From Paramecium tetraurelia (lineage: Eukaryota), in NCBI GenBank assembly GCA_000165425.1, contig CT868163.1:62001-126000 (forward strand): DNA of 64,000 bases, read 5' to 3'. The position numbers and the translations under genes are program-made. Shown here in pieces: positions 40,640 to 53,593 of this stretch; the first letter of the stretch is position 1; each line of letters starts with the position of its first letter. The notes under the pieces were generated by a model. It made no database searches, was not told the origin of the DNA, and saw only the letters and a program-made list of their open reading frames with translations.

Positions 40640-43384
40640 ATGGATCAAGAAGACAATAAGAAGGAGGGGAATTAAGATTAAGAAGAATAACAAATTGATG
40701 AATCTTAAATTACATAAACTGAATAGACAGAAAATAAGAATGAGGAATAAGAATTTGAATGCGAATAAATTTAAAATCAAAATGAGAATTTATAAAACTC
40801 AGCTGAAAAGGTGCTAAAATAAAATCCAAATGTTCCTAGTATCCCAAATAATACAAATCCTATAAATTAAACGGCTGCTTAAGCAGGCTCCTAAACATCA
40901 AACTTTTAAGATAGCATTCATACTTTAGCAGCAATCATCAACAATATCGATAATCAAGTGCTATTATAAAAAGCCCCTTTGGAAAGTCTTTGCAATTTGC
41001 TGTAGATTGCCCAACCAGGTGAATTTGATGATGTGTCAGATCCTGCAGGAATGAAGGAACTTATTGAATAGTAATATTTAAGGAAAAGATCTGATTTGGA
41101 AATGCTAATCTATCACGTCATGAAAGGATATGACGAATTGAATCAAAAAGTAAACCTAAATCAATTGGAGAAAATCATGAGAATTCTAAAAAGTAAAAAT
41201 AAAAGCATTTACATAACAAAAGATGGGTTTACAGAATAGGCACTTTAATGTTTGTGTCATCATCATCAAAATCATTAATAAGAATAACAAGAAGAAAATA
41301 TAGAGTAGAATACATAATAAGAATAATAACAAGAAGAATAATAATAATAACAAGAAGAGTAATAACAATAAGTAGAATAATAATAACAATAAGAAGAATA
41401 ATAATAAGAATAGTAGAATGCCATTGAGTAAAATGAAGAGATTAAAGTATAACAAGAGAAAAATGAAGTAGAAATATAAACAGATTAAATAGAAGAAAGT
41501 GAATAGCAAGTTGACTAAGATGAATAAAAGCTGGGAGATTTAATTTAAAAGCAGAAGTAATAATTTGAAGATTTCTAACAATAAATAGAAGAAAATAAAA
41601 CTGCACTATAAACTTAAGAAGAGGAAATTGATTAATAAATTTAATAAGTTGAAAAACAAGATGAACAATAATAGTTGACTTAAGAATAATTAGAATAGAA
41701 TGTTGAATAATTAAAGCATTCAATATAAAGGAGTAGAGAATAAATTGAAAAGCTGACAGAGTAAAGAGACATTCTCCTTGAAAAGAGCAGAGAATTAGCC
41801 TAGAAACAATAAGAATTGAAAATTCAACAGCAATAAATATTAAGGTAATTAAAATAAAATGAGGAAGAAGAGGAGGAAAACAAACCTGTATTTATAATTA
41901 TTTAATCTATTAGATTTCATGTTAAGACATATTCGGTATTATGACACTTAATACTTTAAATCTAAATCAATTACAAAATTATAATGATCAAACAAATAGC
42001 TTAATTTTTAAGTTGAGTAAGAACTATACAGTTGAAATCAAAAGTGACGACGCAGATTACATAAGAGTTTTGAATGAAAATTCAATTTTGAAGATGCTTC
42101 CTTCCTTATTACTTACTAGACACATCTTTCCATTTTTGAGTGCTTTTGAATTATTCAAAATCAGAGAAGTTTGCGGATGGTTCAAAGAATAGTAAATATT
42201 AATATCAATATATTTAGAGTGAAGAAAGCATGGCCAATTGTATTCAAGAGAGAAATGTTTGAATAATTATTGGCTAGAGATTTAGCCAAAAATATTTACA
42301 CAGTTTTGAGTTTGTAAACTTTGAAAGGAACCCTCTATTTTAAAGTATAAAATTTAATCGAGGCAATAATCCAAGCCATCTAATGGGAGAAAGTAGAAGA
42401 AGCACTATAACAAGAACAAATGGATATTAATATCTATCGACCTTTGATTGCCTTGTTGTCATTGTTCAATAAATAGCATGAAATTGAATATCCTCATCAA
42501 ATCGATGGAACCTTTGATATTAAAGAATTAGCAAAGGATATGAAAAACTAGGTTATTCAATATATTTAAACTAACTTCTTACCTTTGAGTTTTAATCAAA
42601 TGAGAAGGATTAATGAAAATCTACTATCTGCTCCTGAATTCAGCGTTGAATTTTTAGCATCAAAAGAAGATAAGTTGCCATTGTATCTCACCATCTTACT
42701 TTAATAGTTGTATTATCATGGTTTGATACATTAAACATTTATTATTGATAGTTTTTAGTTGGATAAATGGAAGATGTATTTATTGTAATAAATGTTTTAG
42801 AGAACAAGAAATACTCGGTAAAAGATAAAGTTATAACTAAAACTTTTTGGAAGGTGCATACAAAAAACTATTGCTTAAAACTTATTAGGACGATGGAGAA
42901 GACGAGTAATCCTTAGAACATCTTAACTCAGATATAAATGAAGTACCACTAAAACAATTATCCTTAGGCTTAATAATTCTTACGTGCTTTGACCAATTTA
43001 ACACCTACTGAAAATCCTGATCCAGATATTGTTATTAGAAGAAACAAAACAGTCACTAAGATCTTTATTGATATACATACTAAAATGGATATTTTAGTTT
43101 AAACTATTGAGCAATATAGAAATTAAAGTTTATAATAGGAGGCCCTTGCATAAAAAGATTAATAGGAATAATCTGTTTAAATTGAAACAGAAACCCTTTA
43201 GTAATAAGAAGTAACCGAAAAGGAAGTCTAAACAGAAAATCAGGAAGAAACAAATAAACCAAATAATGATTAAAAAGGAGAAATTGAAATCTAATAAGAT
43301 TAAAAATAATAATTACCAGAAGAACAAGAACAAGAACCAAAAAAGTTAATAGAGGAAGAGAATCTTAATTAACCTAAAGAGTGA
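40640..43384 (+). CDS. Q/E-rich protein with an F-box-like motif
   Basis: MDQEDNKKEG...; polyQ/E tract ~41270-41760 encoded largely by TAA/TAG/CAA/GAA; LKMLPSLLLTRHIFPFLSAFELFKIREVCGWF matches the F-box pattern LP..il..IFsfL...dL..vr.VCk.W. Confidence 0.75.
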
Positions 43385-44032
43385 AGAATTTAATTATTAT
43401 AAAAATATTAAACATATAAATGAAATAATTATATAGAAAGCTAAGATTAAAAGTAACATTTCTTTTCTAATATTTACATTATTCAGAAGGAAAGAGGAAT
43501 TGAAAATAGCATTTTTATTTAAGATCGTTTTAGAATTTATAATTTTATAACAAATTGATTTCTAGATTACATTAATAATAATTATAATTTATTCTACTTC
43601 TATAAATTATCATCCTTTTTTTAAATTTAAGGCAAAATGGATGAATATTCACTAAATTGTTATGATTTAATGAAGCTATTGTTCTCTTAAAAAATTTTAT
43701 TTAATAATTTGATATTTATCATAGATATTCAGATGAAAATAGAATAAATATTATTCCTTAAATATACTCAATTTTTATTATTTTTCTTTTTCATTCCAAG
43801 GTATTATAAGTTTTTAAACACTAAGAGATATCAATATTATAGAAAATTAACTCATCACATCTTTGTTGATCTCAACTATTTCAAATGACGTCGTCACAAA
43901 TACAACTACCTCATTTCAGGAGACTTCTAATACAAAGATTATGGAAGACAAATATAGATCACTCATTTCTTATTATTATTAATTTTATTCACAAATTGAT
44001 TCTTTAATTCTCCAAATATTAATACTATTAAT

Positions 44033-45513
44033 ATGATCGAAGAAGAGCTTCAAGAAAGCGATTTGAAAAAACCCTTTTAAATAATACATACAAATACAAA
44101 AATATCAAAATAATAAGCTTCTCAATTAAATCTAATGAAACTTGTTAAATAATGTGAAATTTAATTTTAAATTGCATCAAACTTTAGAGAATGCAGCTAA
44201 TATCTATCAGAATTAGCAATAATTTATCTCAAATAACATTAATTTTTGAAGAAAAATATTGAAACACTTTAAAGCTCATTAATTGATCAGTGTGAGGATT
44301 AATAAGAAAATAAAGAAATTAAAAAAAAGAGAAAACAAAGTAAACTTAAGGAAAAGTGTTTAGAAAGCTATGATGATGATTAACCTTAATTTACTATAAA
44401 AGACAATCCAAGAAACCTCATAGCAGCAGAAAAATTATAATTAGTTGAGAAATAAAGGACCCCAATCAATATGTATGCATTACTGAAAAGAAATAATTAG
44501 TAATAAACAGAATATGAAATTGATAATGTTGTTATGGATTTATCTTAAATTCAGAAATGTTCACTCTCTGATATTTTGAATAAAAAAAATTAAGAATTGA
44601 AAATCAAGAAAAAATCAAATACTTTATAGCAATCTAAACAGTAACTTGTTTATAATTTTAATGGTTAACAATCAGAGAATAATAAAGATGATGATGAATT
44701 TGTAGAAGAAGTAGATTATGCCGAGAATCTAGATATAGAGTATTAGGAAGCTGAATAAAAATAAGAAATTAGTAGAGAAACAAAGAAAGTAAGTAAGAAG
44801 AATACAAATAAGGAAGATAAATTAATCAAAAATAGAAATAGAAATTCAAAAATGGCTTAATTAAAAAAAACTCCTGAATTAGATATAAAAATAAAAGAAG
44901 ATACTGATGAGTTATTTAAAAATAATCTATAGACCTTTATGAGGCATAAAGAAAAAATTCATGACTTAAGTTTGTAGGTTAATTTTTTATAACTTGAACC
45001 AGAATTTTGGAAACATGAAGATGAATTAATTGGTTTAATTAATAAGATTTCATTTTGCTAAGATTCTAATCAGAAGTACAATTAATTTTAAGTAGAAAAA
45101 TTTAAGAAGAACATAATTTTTTAATTTTCGATAACCTGACAACAGAAACAGATCATAAGAAACCTAAATTACAGAATTAAGGATAGAGTTCCTTGAGCAT
45201 ATAAAATATATCAGAATTTAGTAATTTTGAGTGCTTTTCGTAAACTCCTTCAAAAAATTGTGAATAGGAGCAAGAAAATAGGCTTTATTAAATTTTGATA
45301 GAAGATATTCAAAGTACTTATGGAAAACATGGTAGATTAAGTTCAAATGAAGTATAATATTATTTTAGTTAGTTCTTTCAAATTTCAGAAAAATATGATT
45401 GCAGTAAGCCGAAAGCGTTTTATAATCTTCTCATTTTTGGTAGAGTAGGGGTGCTGGAAATACAAAATAATTAAAATTAATAGTGTTTTAGTGAGATTTA
45501 AATCGTTTTATGA
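44033..45513 (+). CDS. Cohesin alpha-kleisin, Rad21/Rec8 family (divergent)
   Basis: N-term KISKQQASQLNLMKLV...NFRECSQYLSELAIIYLKQHQFL resembles the Rad21 N domain. C-term KPKAFYNLLIFGRVGVLEIQ...FSEIQI resembles the Rad21 winged helix. Two tiny introns. Confidence 0.68.
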
Positions 45514-45594
45514 TTTTAAGAATAATGAATAAATAATTCCCAATGGGCCTTTAATATTTGAAAATATCAATATCAAAATCAATGATAAAAAGAA

Positions 45595-47134
45595 TCAATT
45601 TTATACAATTTGATCCACTAGTTCTTATCCTTAATCGACTTTTTCCTATAATTCTGACAAAATGTTTTATTCTTATTTCGATATCACTTATTTTACAATA
45701 GCTAGTTTAGAATTAAATAATACGTTAGCTCGTGATGTTTCTAAATTTATATATTTTAAAATTATTGAATTTCTTGGTAGCATCATTTGCATCTTGTTTC
45801 CACTTCTCATTAAGCTTTAATTAAGATGTGCTAGCCATTTGACTATTGAAGGTAAGTTAATATATTTAATCTAAAAATTATTCGGAGCTTAAGAATTTCT
45901 TGAGAAGTGCTCTTTGTTAAGAATAAAAATTATTACTTTTTATCTTAATGAGTAAATTATCGATAGTCAATGTCTTCAAAGGCAATCTACTCAGCAACTT
46001 TGGGGGTTTTATTACTGTTACCCAAAAATGGTTATTTTTAAACTGTCTACCTAGATGCAATATCTTTCTTAAGTTAATTCACACAATCCAGTAACACAAC
46101 TTCAAGTTCTCCTCTTTAAGAATTCTGTTTTTACAACTCACACTTTAATTGCTAACATAAGAACTTTTCTTTTTGTAACAATTACTTTAATTCTGCAATT
46201 TAATTATTTCTTTCTTCTAACTAAGAGTAATATAAAAAGAATACCATTTAATTTTCTGGATGGAATCTGCTTTATTATTGGGTAGAGATTTCTCTTCTAA
46301 AAAAGTCAAATTATGTTGATGCTTAATCATTGTTTTTAGTAGATAGTTATGATCTGAATCCTCCTTTTGAAGATTGTTCTCTTTTTAGAAATTCAGAATT
46401 AAAATCATCCTTAATGAATAAATTGGCTTCTGATCTGATTCCTTCTTAAGTTAATGGTCTATTATCAGATTGTTTTTTAGAATTTAATTTGGTAATTTAC
46501 TGTGTTTATTATTGTTATTGTATTCTATTTAAGGCTTTTTAATCTTCCATTTTCTATTTATATAATTATAAGAGTTCGAATTTCAATGCTTTGTTCTCTT
46601 TCTTTGAATCTTAATGATAGTAAATGTATAGCTGTACCTATTACAAAGCCTTCATAATAATTTTTTTCTTCGATTGTGATTTTTAACTTGAACTTTAATT
46701 CTTCAATTGTTCTCAGCTATTCTTTGTTCAAATTATCTAATCTGAGGGCTTCTTATCTAAAGTAATCTCTTTCTTCTTCTAAAATTCGTTTTTTCTCATC
46801 AGCTTTTTATTTTAATGACTCTTCATCAATTTTTCTTTTCATTGCCTTCAAATCAACTTGCAATTCATTCATTTGATCTTTATATGCTTTCATGAAATCA
46901 TCTTCTTAGCTCTTGACAATTTATTCAACTTTCCCTTACAAGTTCTAAAGTCATAACATAAATATACATCCATAATTTCCTAAAGCTTTGAGTAATTCGA
47001 CTCAAAGTCTTTTCCAAACCTCTCATCATGAAATAGTGCTGGATACTTTTGTTTGGTTAATGGTTATGTGATTAAAATGTTATCCTTTATTTTGACATAT
47101 AAATTACCGAAGGTTTTCCATTAAATTATTCCAT
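45595..47134 (-). CDS. Coiled-coil protein
   Basis: QEDDFMKAYKDQMNELQVDL...EEERDYFRQEALRLD...; several tiny introns. Confidence 0.72.
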
Positions 47135-47587
47135 TTATATAAATTATTTATCATAATCAACAGTTATACATTTCTCACTTTACGAATAAATAAAACATAA
47201 GATAAACTTCATTAATGTGAACATTCATCCAATATCTTTAAGTCATGATAAATCAATTTATTAAAATAAATGTCAATTCACATTGAAACATACCATCAAC
47301 CTGTTCTATAGCATGTGATTTACTATCGATCCCAATATCTCCTTTATTTTTAAAGACCGAATAAAGATAATGAATATCATATACTCCAGGATCTGTCAGA
47401 ATGATCAGGATTCTATACAAACGAGTTGTAAGGAAACAAACATTAGATGGTTAAACAAAGAGATAGAATACTACTGTTTTATTTTATATATTTAAATAAT
47501 TTTTGGATTTAGTGCGAATTTTATGGTATTTAAGGGACTTCTAAATTTCTGGAAATAATTAAAAAATTTAAATTTTAAATATCCAAA

Positions 47588-48392
47588 ATGAGCACAAGGG
47601 AGGAACTCATCTACATGACAAAATTGACAGAATAAACCGAGAGATTTGAAGATATGGTCAATTACATCAAATAAGTTGTTGAGAATGGATAAGAATTGTC
47701 AGTTGAAGAAAGAAACCTTCTCTCTGTTGCTTACAAAAATAGCATTGGTGGAAGAAGAACAGCTTGGAGAGTTTTGTCAAGCATCGAAAACAAAGAAGAA
47801 GGAAAGGTATATAAATTAATTAGTTTCATAGGCTTAATCTTAACCAGCTTCCTAAAAGAATCTTGTTTTGATCAGAAGCTACAAGAAGAAGATTGAAGAG
47901 GAGCTTAATCAATATTGCAATGATATCCTTAATTTGATCGATAGCCATTTAATCAAAACAGCCTCAACCCCAGAAGCCAAGGTGTTCTTCCACAAGATGA
48001 AAGGAGATTATCACAGATACATTTCTGAATACGCCACTGGTGATCAACACAAGAAGGCCGCTGATGGAGCACTTGCTGCTTACTAAGCTGCTTCTTAAGT
48101 TGCTAACTCTGAATTAAAGACAACAAACCCAATCAGATTAGGACTTGCTTTGAATTTCTCCGTTTTCTATTATGAAGTTTTGAATGATGCCGCCAAGGCT
48201 TGCTAATTAGCTAAATCAGTAATAGTTTTAATTAATCCTCTCTAGGCTTTCGATGATGCCATCGCCGACATTGAATAAATCTAAGAAGATTAATACAAGG
48301 ATGCCACAACCATCATGTAACTCATCAGAGACAACTTAACATTGTGGACCTCAGAACTTGAAGATGAAGGTGGTAACGTTGAAAACCTCTGA
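47588..48392 (+). CDS. 14-3-3 protein
   Basis: [66 protein letters not shown]. Confidence 0.97.
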
Positions 48393-48545
48393 GTAGGATA
48401 TCAGTTATGATATATATATATATAATTATATATAAAAAAGAGACAGCCAATCTTATTCTTTTTAAATAGAAAAATTTGAAAATATTTAAACATATTACGT
48501 ATTTTTATTCATAGACGAATTTTAGATATTAATAACAAAAAGAAG

Positions 48546-49188
48546 TCAACAATTGCATTATGTATTTTGCTATTCATTACTCTTAATAGTGGGTAAAAAT
48601 TTAGGTTTAATCAAATTGGAATCATTGAATCCTTATTGGAGCAAATCCAAAATTCTATTGCACTAGTTTCAATGTATTGAACTTCATTTTCTAGACAAAA
48701 CTATTTTGCAGATTATTGAGAAATGGTTCTCAATTTAAACAATACCTTTACCTCTCCTTATCCAAATCAGCTTTATTTCCAATAATAATAATTTAAACTG
48801 AAGGTTTTGAGTAATCTCTTGCATATTTAATCCATTCTGGCAAGGCTTCAAAGGATGCTGTACTAAATTACTTTCTATATGCATACTCAGTGATGTCGAG
48901 GACTTAAAAGAGATCCTAATGCTCCTCGATAATACCCTTATGTCAATGCTCTATATTCTCTCTTAACCTGCTGTATCCCACATTTACATTCTAATCTTTT
49001 TTTGATTGATTTGCATTATTTTGGATGAAAACTCAACACCCAATGTCTATTTTACATTAGATATTTCTTATTTGATCCTATAAATTACATGTTCCATGAA
49101 TGTAATGATATAGGAGACTTGTTTTACCACTGTTGCCATTGCAAATGATTATGAACTTGAACATATAATCGCAATGCTCCTCTGTCAT
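48546..49188 (-). pseudogene. Rab4/Rab14-like GTPase pseudogene
   Basis: YMFKFIII, TLGVEF, WDTAGQER, YYRGA, GNKADL, ETSA, C-terminal CNC. Lesions: P-loop Gly to Cys, two single-base insertions and a frameshifting deletion. Confidence 0.8.
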
Positions 49189-49241
49189 ATTCGATTTTAC
49201 TACTAATAATATTAAATTTTCTTGATAATAAAATTAATAAT

Positions 49242-49906
49242 TCAGATTAATTGGCAGCTCTTGTCCTTATTTTATTTACTCTCTTCCTAAGCTCGATTTG
49301 GCTTCTTCGATCTCAATGCAGTTCTGACAGCCTCCTCAAATAATTCGTTCAGCCCAATTTTATCCTTAGCTGAGCATTCCAAATAGGGACACCCCAATTA
49401 GTCTGCCATTCTTTTGGCCTTTGATTGTATAATAAGAATATGTATACTGAGTCTCTTTGCACGCATTTGTTATCGTTCTGTCTCAAATCAATTTTACTGC
49501 CAACTATAATAATAGGCACATTATTTAAGGCTGTTCTCAATTCAGGATACCACTTGAAGTGCATATAAAACTAAATTTACTTTCTATTAGGCATTAATAT
49601 ATGATGATTATTCATTGACAGCAAAAAACAATAGAAATACATCTGTATTGGGATAACTCAAAGGTCGAATTTATTTAAAATCCTCCTAACCAGCAGTGTC
49701 CCATAAACCTAAATTGACCTTCTTGCCATCAATGGTGATGGATGCACTATAATTCTCGAAGATGGTGGGGATGTAGTCTTCAGGGAATTTACCAGTAGTG
49801 TAACTTAATTAAAATTCTTAGAGTACGTCAAAAGGGCACAAGTCTTGCCCACTGTGCCATCCCCTATAACAACTAATTTTATCGGAGTTCCTAAACTTTT
49901 GCTCAT
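49242..49906 (-). CDS. Rho-family (Rac-like) small GTPase
   Basis: [71 protein letters not shown]. Confidence 0.95.
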
Positions 49907-50099
49907 TAATTATATAAATATAGTGACGAAATCATACAGTTTATAAATTATATATGTTATACAGCTAATGGATATAACGACGATGATGAAAACAACCCCA
50001 AAAACCAACTTATTTATTATCTCTTAATTTCAAGAATTGATTTAGATTTAGTCATAAAATAATTTAGTTTCTCGCATTTTAATTAAGAACCCAACATTC

Positions 50100-50711
50100 A
50101 TGCTTGAAAATGATGATGATATTCTGTTGTAGGAGATCGCAAGTTGTCAAACCAACGAAGATATATAGCACCTGGTTGACTCCCAGTGCTTAGACATCAT
50201 TGGGAATTCCATATAGGATCAAATAACCTTATCTCATAAATAGTTGTTTCGAGTGATTAGACTATTTAAAGAAAACCTAAGTTCAAAGCCACTCCTGCCA
50301 TACGATCAAAGGGCGAGCTCCCAAAAGGCCTTAGCATTCCAATAGCAAAATTGCATAATGCAATATCAATTATAGATTGAGCAGAACAGGGTCAATCAGT
50401 TGCAATTGGAGAATGAGATGATGAAATTGCAATTAAAAATATATGAAGGAGATCTAGAAATTCTGAAGCAGTAAAATTTTGAAGACATAAAAAAGATAGA
50501 AAATCAACTAGTTAAAACTCTTAAATAAATTTCGTTATACAAAGATTCAATGATATAAAAAATTTGTGTGATTTGCATGCAAAAAGAGTACTCCATGATC
50601 ATGAGCCCATGTGGACACATTTGCGTTTGTGAGGATTGTTCGAAATAAATTAATCACTGTCCTATCGATCGAGAAAAGATTACTAAGATGAAGAAAGTTT
50701 ACTTGTCATGA
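50100..50711 (+). CDS. C-terminal RING finger protein (IAP-type spacing, last ligand Asp)
   Basis: CVICMQKEYSMIMSPCGHICVCEDCSKQINHCPIDR...KVYLS*. Start uncertain. Confidence 0.8.
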
Positions 50712-50771
50712 TAAATGAATAATCTAACCATATTATTTTTATATATTAAAAATTATCAATTTATATTTTCT

Positions 50772-51891
50772 ATGGGAAATTAATGTGCTTCTCAGTGTTA
50801 ATGCCAACAATAATTAAAAGAATAAGTAGCTACTGAAATTATTGTATGACTCCTTTTAATTTTAGATCGCAAAATCAGATCCAAATAGTTTGAAAAGCAA
50901 AAGATCAGGTTCTAAATAAAGCATTAAACAAACATATGCTAAAATTTAATAAAAAGAAACTAAAAAAGATACTGAAACATAAGAGCTATAAAATAAAGTA
51001 TCAAAGCAAAATAAAGCAGCAATCTAAATACAAAAAGTTTGGAGAGGTTATTTGGTTAGAAAAAAGAAATCATTGAAAAGCTCTGTCAAAAGAGACAATA
51101 AAAAAAATTATCTAGGAGAATAAGTTGAACCAATCACGCTCCCAAAAAATTCTTCCTCTTTTGAATTAGAAACACGTCCTGCTTATAAATTTAAAAGTGG
51201 GGCAGTATATGAAGGTTAATGGAGAGGGACATAAAGAGAAGGAATGGGCACTCAAACTTGGGCTGATGGGGCCAAATATATCGGAGAATGGAAATAAAGT
51301 CATGCAAATGGCAAAGGGAAATTTTATCATGTCGATGGAGACACCTTTGATGGTTAATGGGAAAACGATAAAGCAAATGGATATGGTGTTTATACACATG
51401 CAAACGGATCAAAGTACGAAGGAGAATGGAAGAGTGATTTATAACATGGCTATGGTGTGGAAGCCTGGTTTGATGGTTCCAAATATACAGGTGTGTATTT
51501 TGAAGGTAAGAAATAAGGGAAAGGAAAATATGAATGGCCAGATGGTTCATTTTATGATGGAGATTGGTATGATAATAAGATAACTGGATTTGGCACCTAT
51601 TTTTGGGCTGATGGAAGAGGATACACTGGTTAATGGGTTAATAATTGTATGCATGGTAAAGGAGTCTATACATGGAAAGACGGTAGAAAATATGAAGGTG
51701 AATATAAGTAAGATCGTAAGGATGGTTATGGCACATACACATGGGCTGATGGAAAGAAGTATGAAGGATAATGGTATGATGGAAAATAACATGGAAAAGG
51801 TAAATATATATTCCCCGATGGTCTCGTTAAGGAAGGAATCTGGAAAGATGGAAAGAAGGTCAAAGCTTTAGATAACACTAGCGCTCTTTGA
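50772..51891 (+). CDS. MORN-repeat protein with IQ motif and MGxxC N-terminus
   Basis: MGNQCASQC; IQ motif AAIQIQKVWRGYLVRK; tandem YEGQW..GxG..TWADG repeats. Confidence 0.92.
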
Positions 51892-52239
51892 GTAAAGCAT
51901 TGATAAATTTATTGAATTACTATTTATATTAAGTTTGATGTTTAAAATATATAAAAAATGTAGAATGGAGTACTATTAATTATTTTTTCGAAATGTCTTA
52001 GTCTTTTATTATTATAAATAGGTCTATTTGTTTTATTAATTAACAATTTAGTTGATTTATACATGGTGGATAACTACTATGATTTCAATTTTATCCACAA
52101 GATCATCCTTACATAATTACTAAAATATTGGGTTATAATAATAATAATAAATTGCTTATTAATTTAATGATATTTTTGCAATTAGAAAATAATATAATAA
52201 TGATGATATTTAATTTTGATTTACTTGAGATATGTAAAT

Positions 52240-53312
52240 TCAAAAATTGATTGCTTTATAATTATTCGAGTTTATCTGAGGATATTTAACATCATCCAAA
52301 GATTATCGAGCCATTACTCTTTTTTGATTCAATGCATCCAATAAGTCTTATCTTTATTTCAATAATTTTTATTTCTGATCCACAAGGAAGTTTAATTTAT
52401 AAACTTTCTCACTAAAATGATTTTGATTTAGTAATTCCTTTTGATGTATTAGAGTTTGGGAGTTGGATCTTACTGCCTGACGATACTCATCCTTTTATTA
52501 TTCAACATTCAATCTGTTTTATCTATTACGTTGTTATTGTTTCTCTATCATCTATATCTTCTATTCAATCTAATTTATTTTGTCACTGTAATATGATTAT
52601 TTCTCCTAATTTATAAGATTATTTTTCTCTTAAACATCAATAATATGCATATCATGCATTCTGATCTTATCAATAGAACGATCGAGAGATTCGCTTCTGA
52701 CCTATTTTGCGTATTCTATTTTATGATCTATGTACTCTAATTTCTTTTTAGAAATCTATAAAATTATGACAGATTATACTTCAGAATCACGAAACTTGTT
52801 AATCTTCTTTTTTATCAGTGCTCTCTCTACATTATCAGTGGTTGTTTAGAGTTGTTTGAATAAGAATCGAAGAACCTTCTCTCTTTCAGCATCTACTTTC
52901 AATGGTTTCATATCTTTTGATGGAGAATAATCTTAATAAAAGCACCAACTTGCATCTAAAGAATTGATATAGTCATTTTCTTTTTATTTATATAGAAATT
53001 AGTGATCCTTGTTGACCTTCTGCTCTTTAAGCTGAAATAAGATGAATTATTACATAGTCTTCTTTTTGTTTTTTTTAATGATCGATCAGTTTCTCCTTAT
53101 AAAACATATGATGTAATTTATTCTCATTCTTTAATTTCTCGTCCTATATTATTTGTTGGTAAGCTAATAAATTGTTGAGTTCTTTCTCCTACTCCATTAA
53201 ATTTTATTATTACGTGTTTCTTCTAGAACTTGATTGATTTGCCTAATTCCTTGTTAAGAAATTTGGACAAATTTTCATCAGCATCATACCTTTACACTTA
53301 TTATTGAGCCAT
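52240..53312 (-). CDS. Hypothetical basic/coiled-coil protein
   Basis: Open frame with a tiny intron near 52760-52780; MAQQQVQRYDADENLSKFL...KYPQINSNNYKAINF*. Confidence 0.6.
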
Positions 53313-53593
53313 TAATATTATTATATAAATACACACAAATTATATACTTAAAATTATGAGAAAAGAATGTTTAATATATCTCCAATAATTATTATCTATT
53401 TTAAATGTTATTACTATTACCAAAATAGGACATATGAAAACATCCCTAATTTGATAGACTTTTATATAAGATATGTGAGATTATTAAGTAAATTATTCGA
53501 TGAAGACCAATGTAATCAGAAAATAAGAGTTTACTTAATATATCGGATATAGAACTTGAATGAATAATGCAAAATAATTTAAAGATTTTATAA

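Noticed and set aside
41186..41723. Very hydrophobic Leu/Phe ORFs on the minus strand (also 43104-43340)
   Set aside because: Antisense reading of the TAA/GAA polyQ/E tract of the plus-strand gene
43884..43897. Near-palindrome TGACGTCGTCA upstream of the kleisin
   Set aside because: Single short occurrence with no supporting conservation or repeat in the window
47140..47580. Slightly GC-richer spacer, possible snoRNA/ncRNA
   Set aside because: No convincing C/D or H/ACA box pair or tRNA cloverleaf found by eye
51166..51871. Five overlapping ORFs suggesting overprinting or a repeat array
   Set aside because: Off-frame and antisense readings of the MORN repeats; the true frame is broken in the track only by TAA = Gln. 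Not CRISPR-like
51889..51903. TGA followed three codons later by a second in-frame TGA
   Set aside because: Too short to indicate programmed readthrough; tandem stops arise easily
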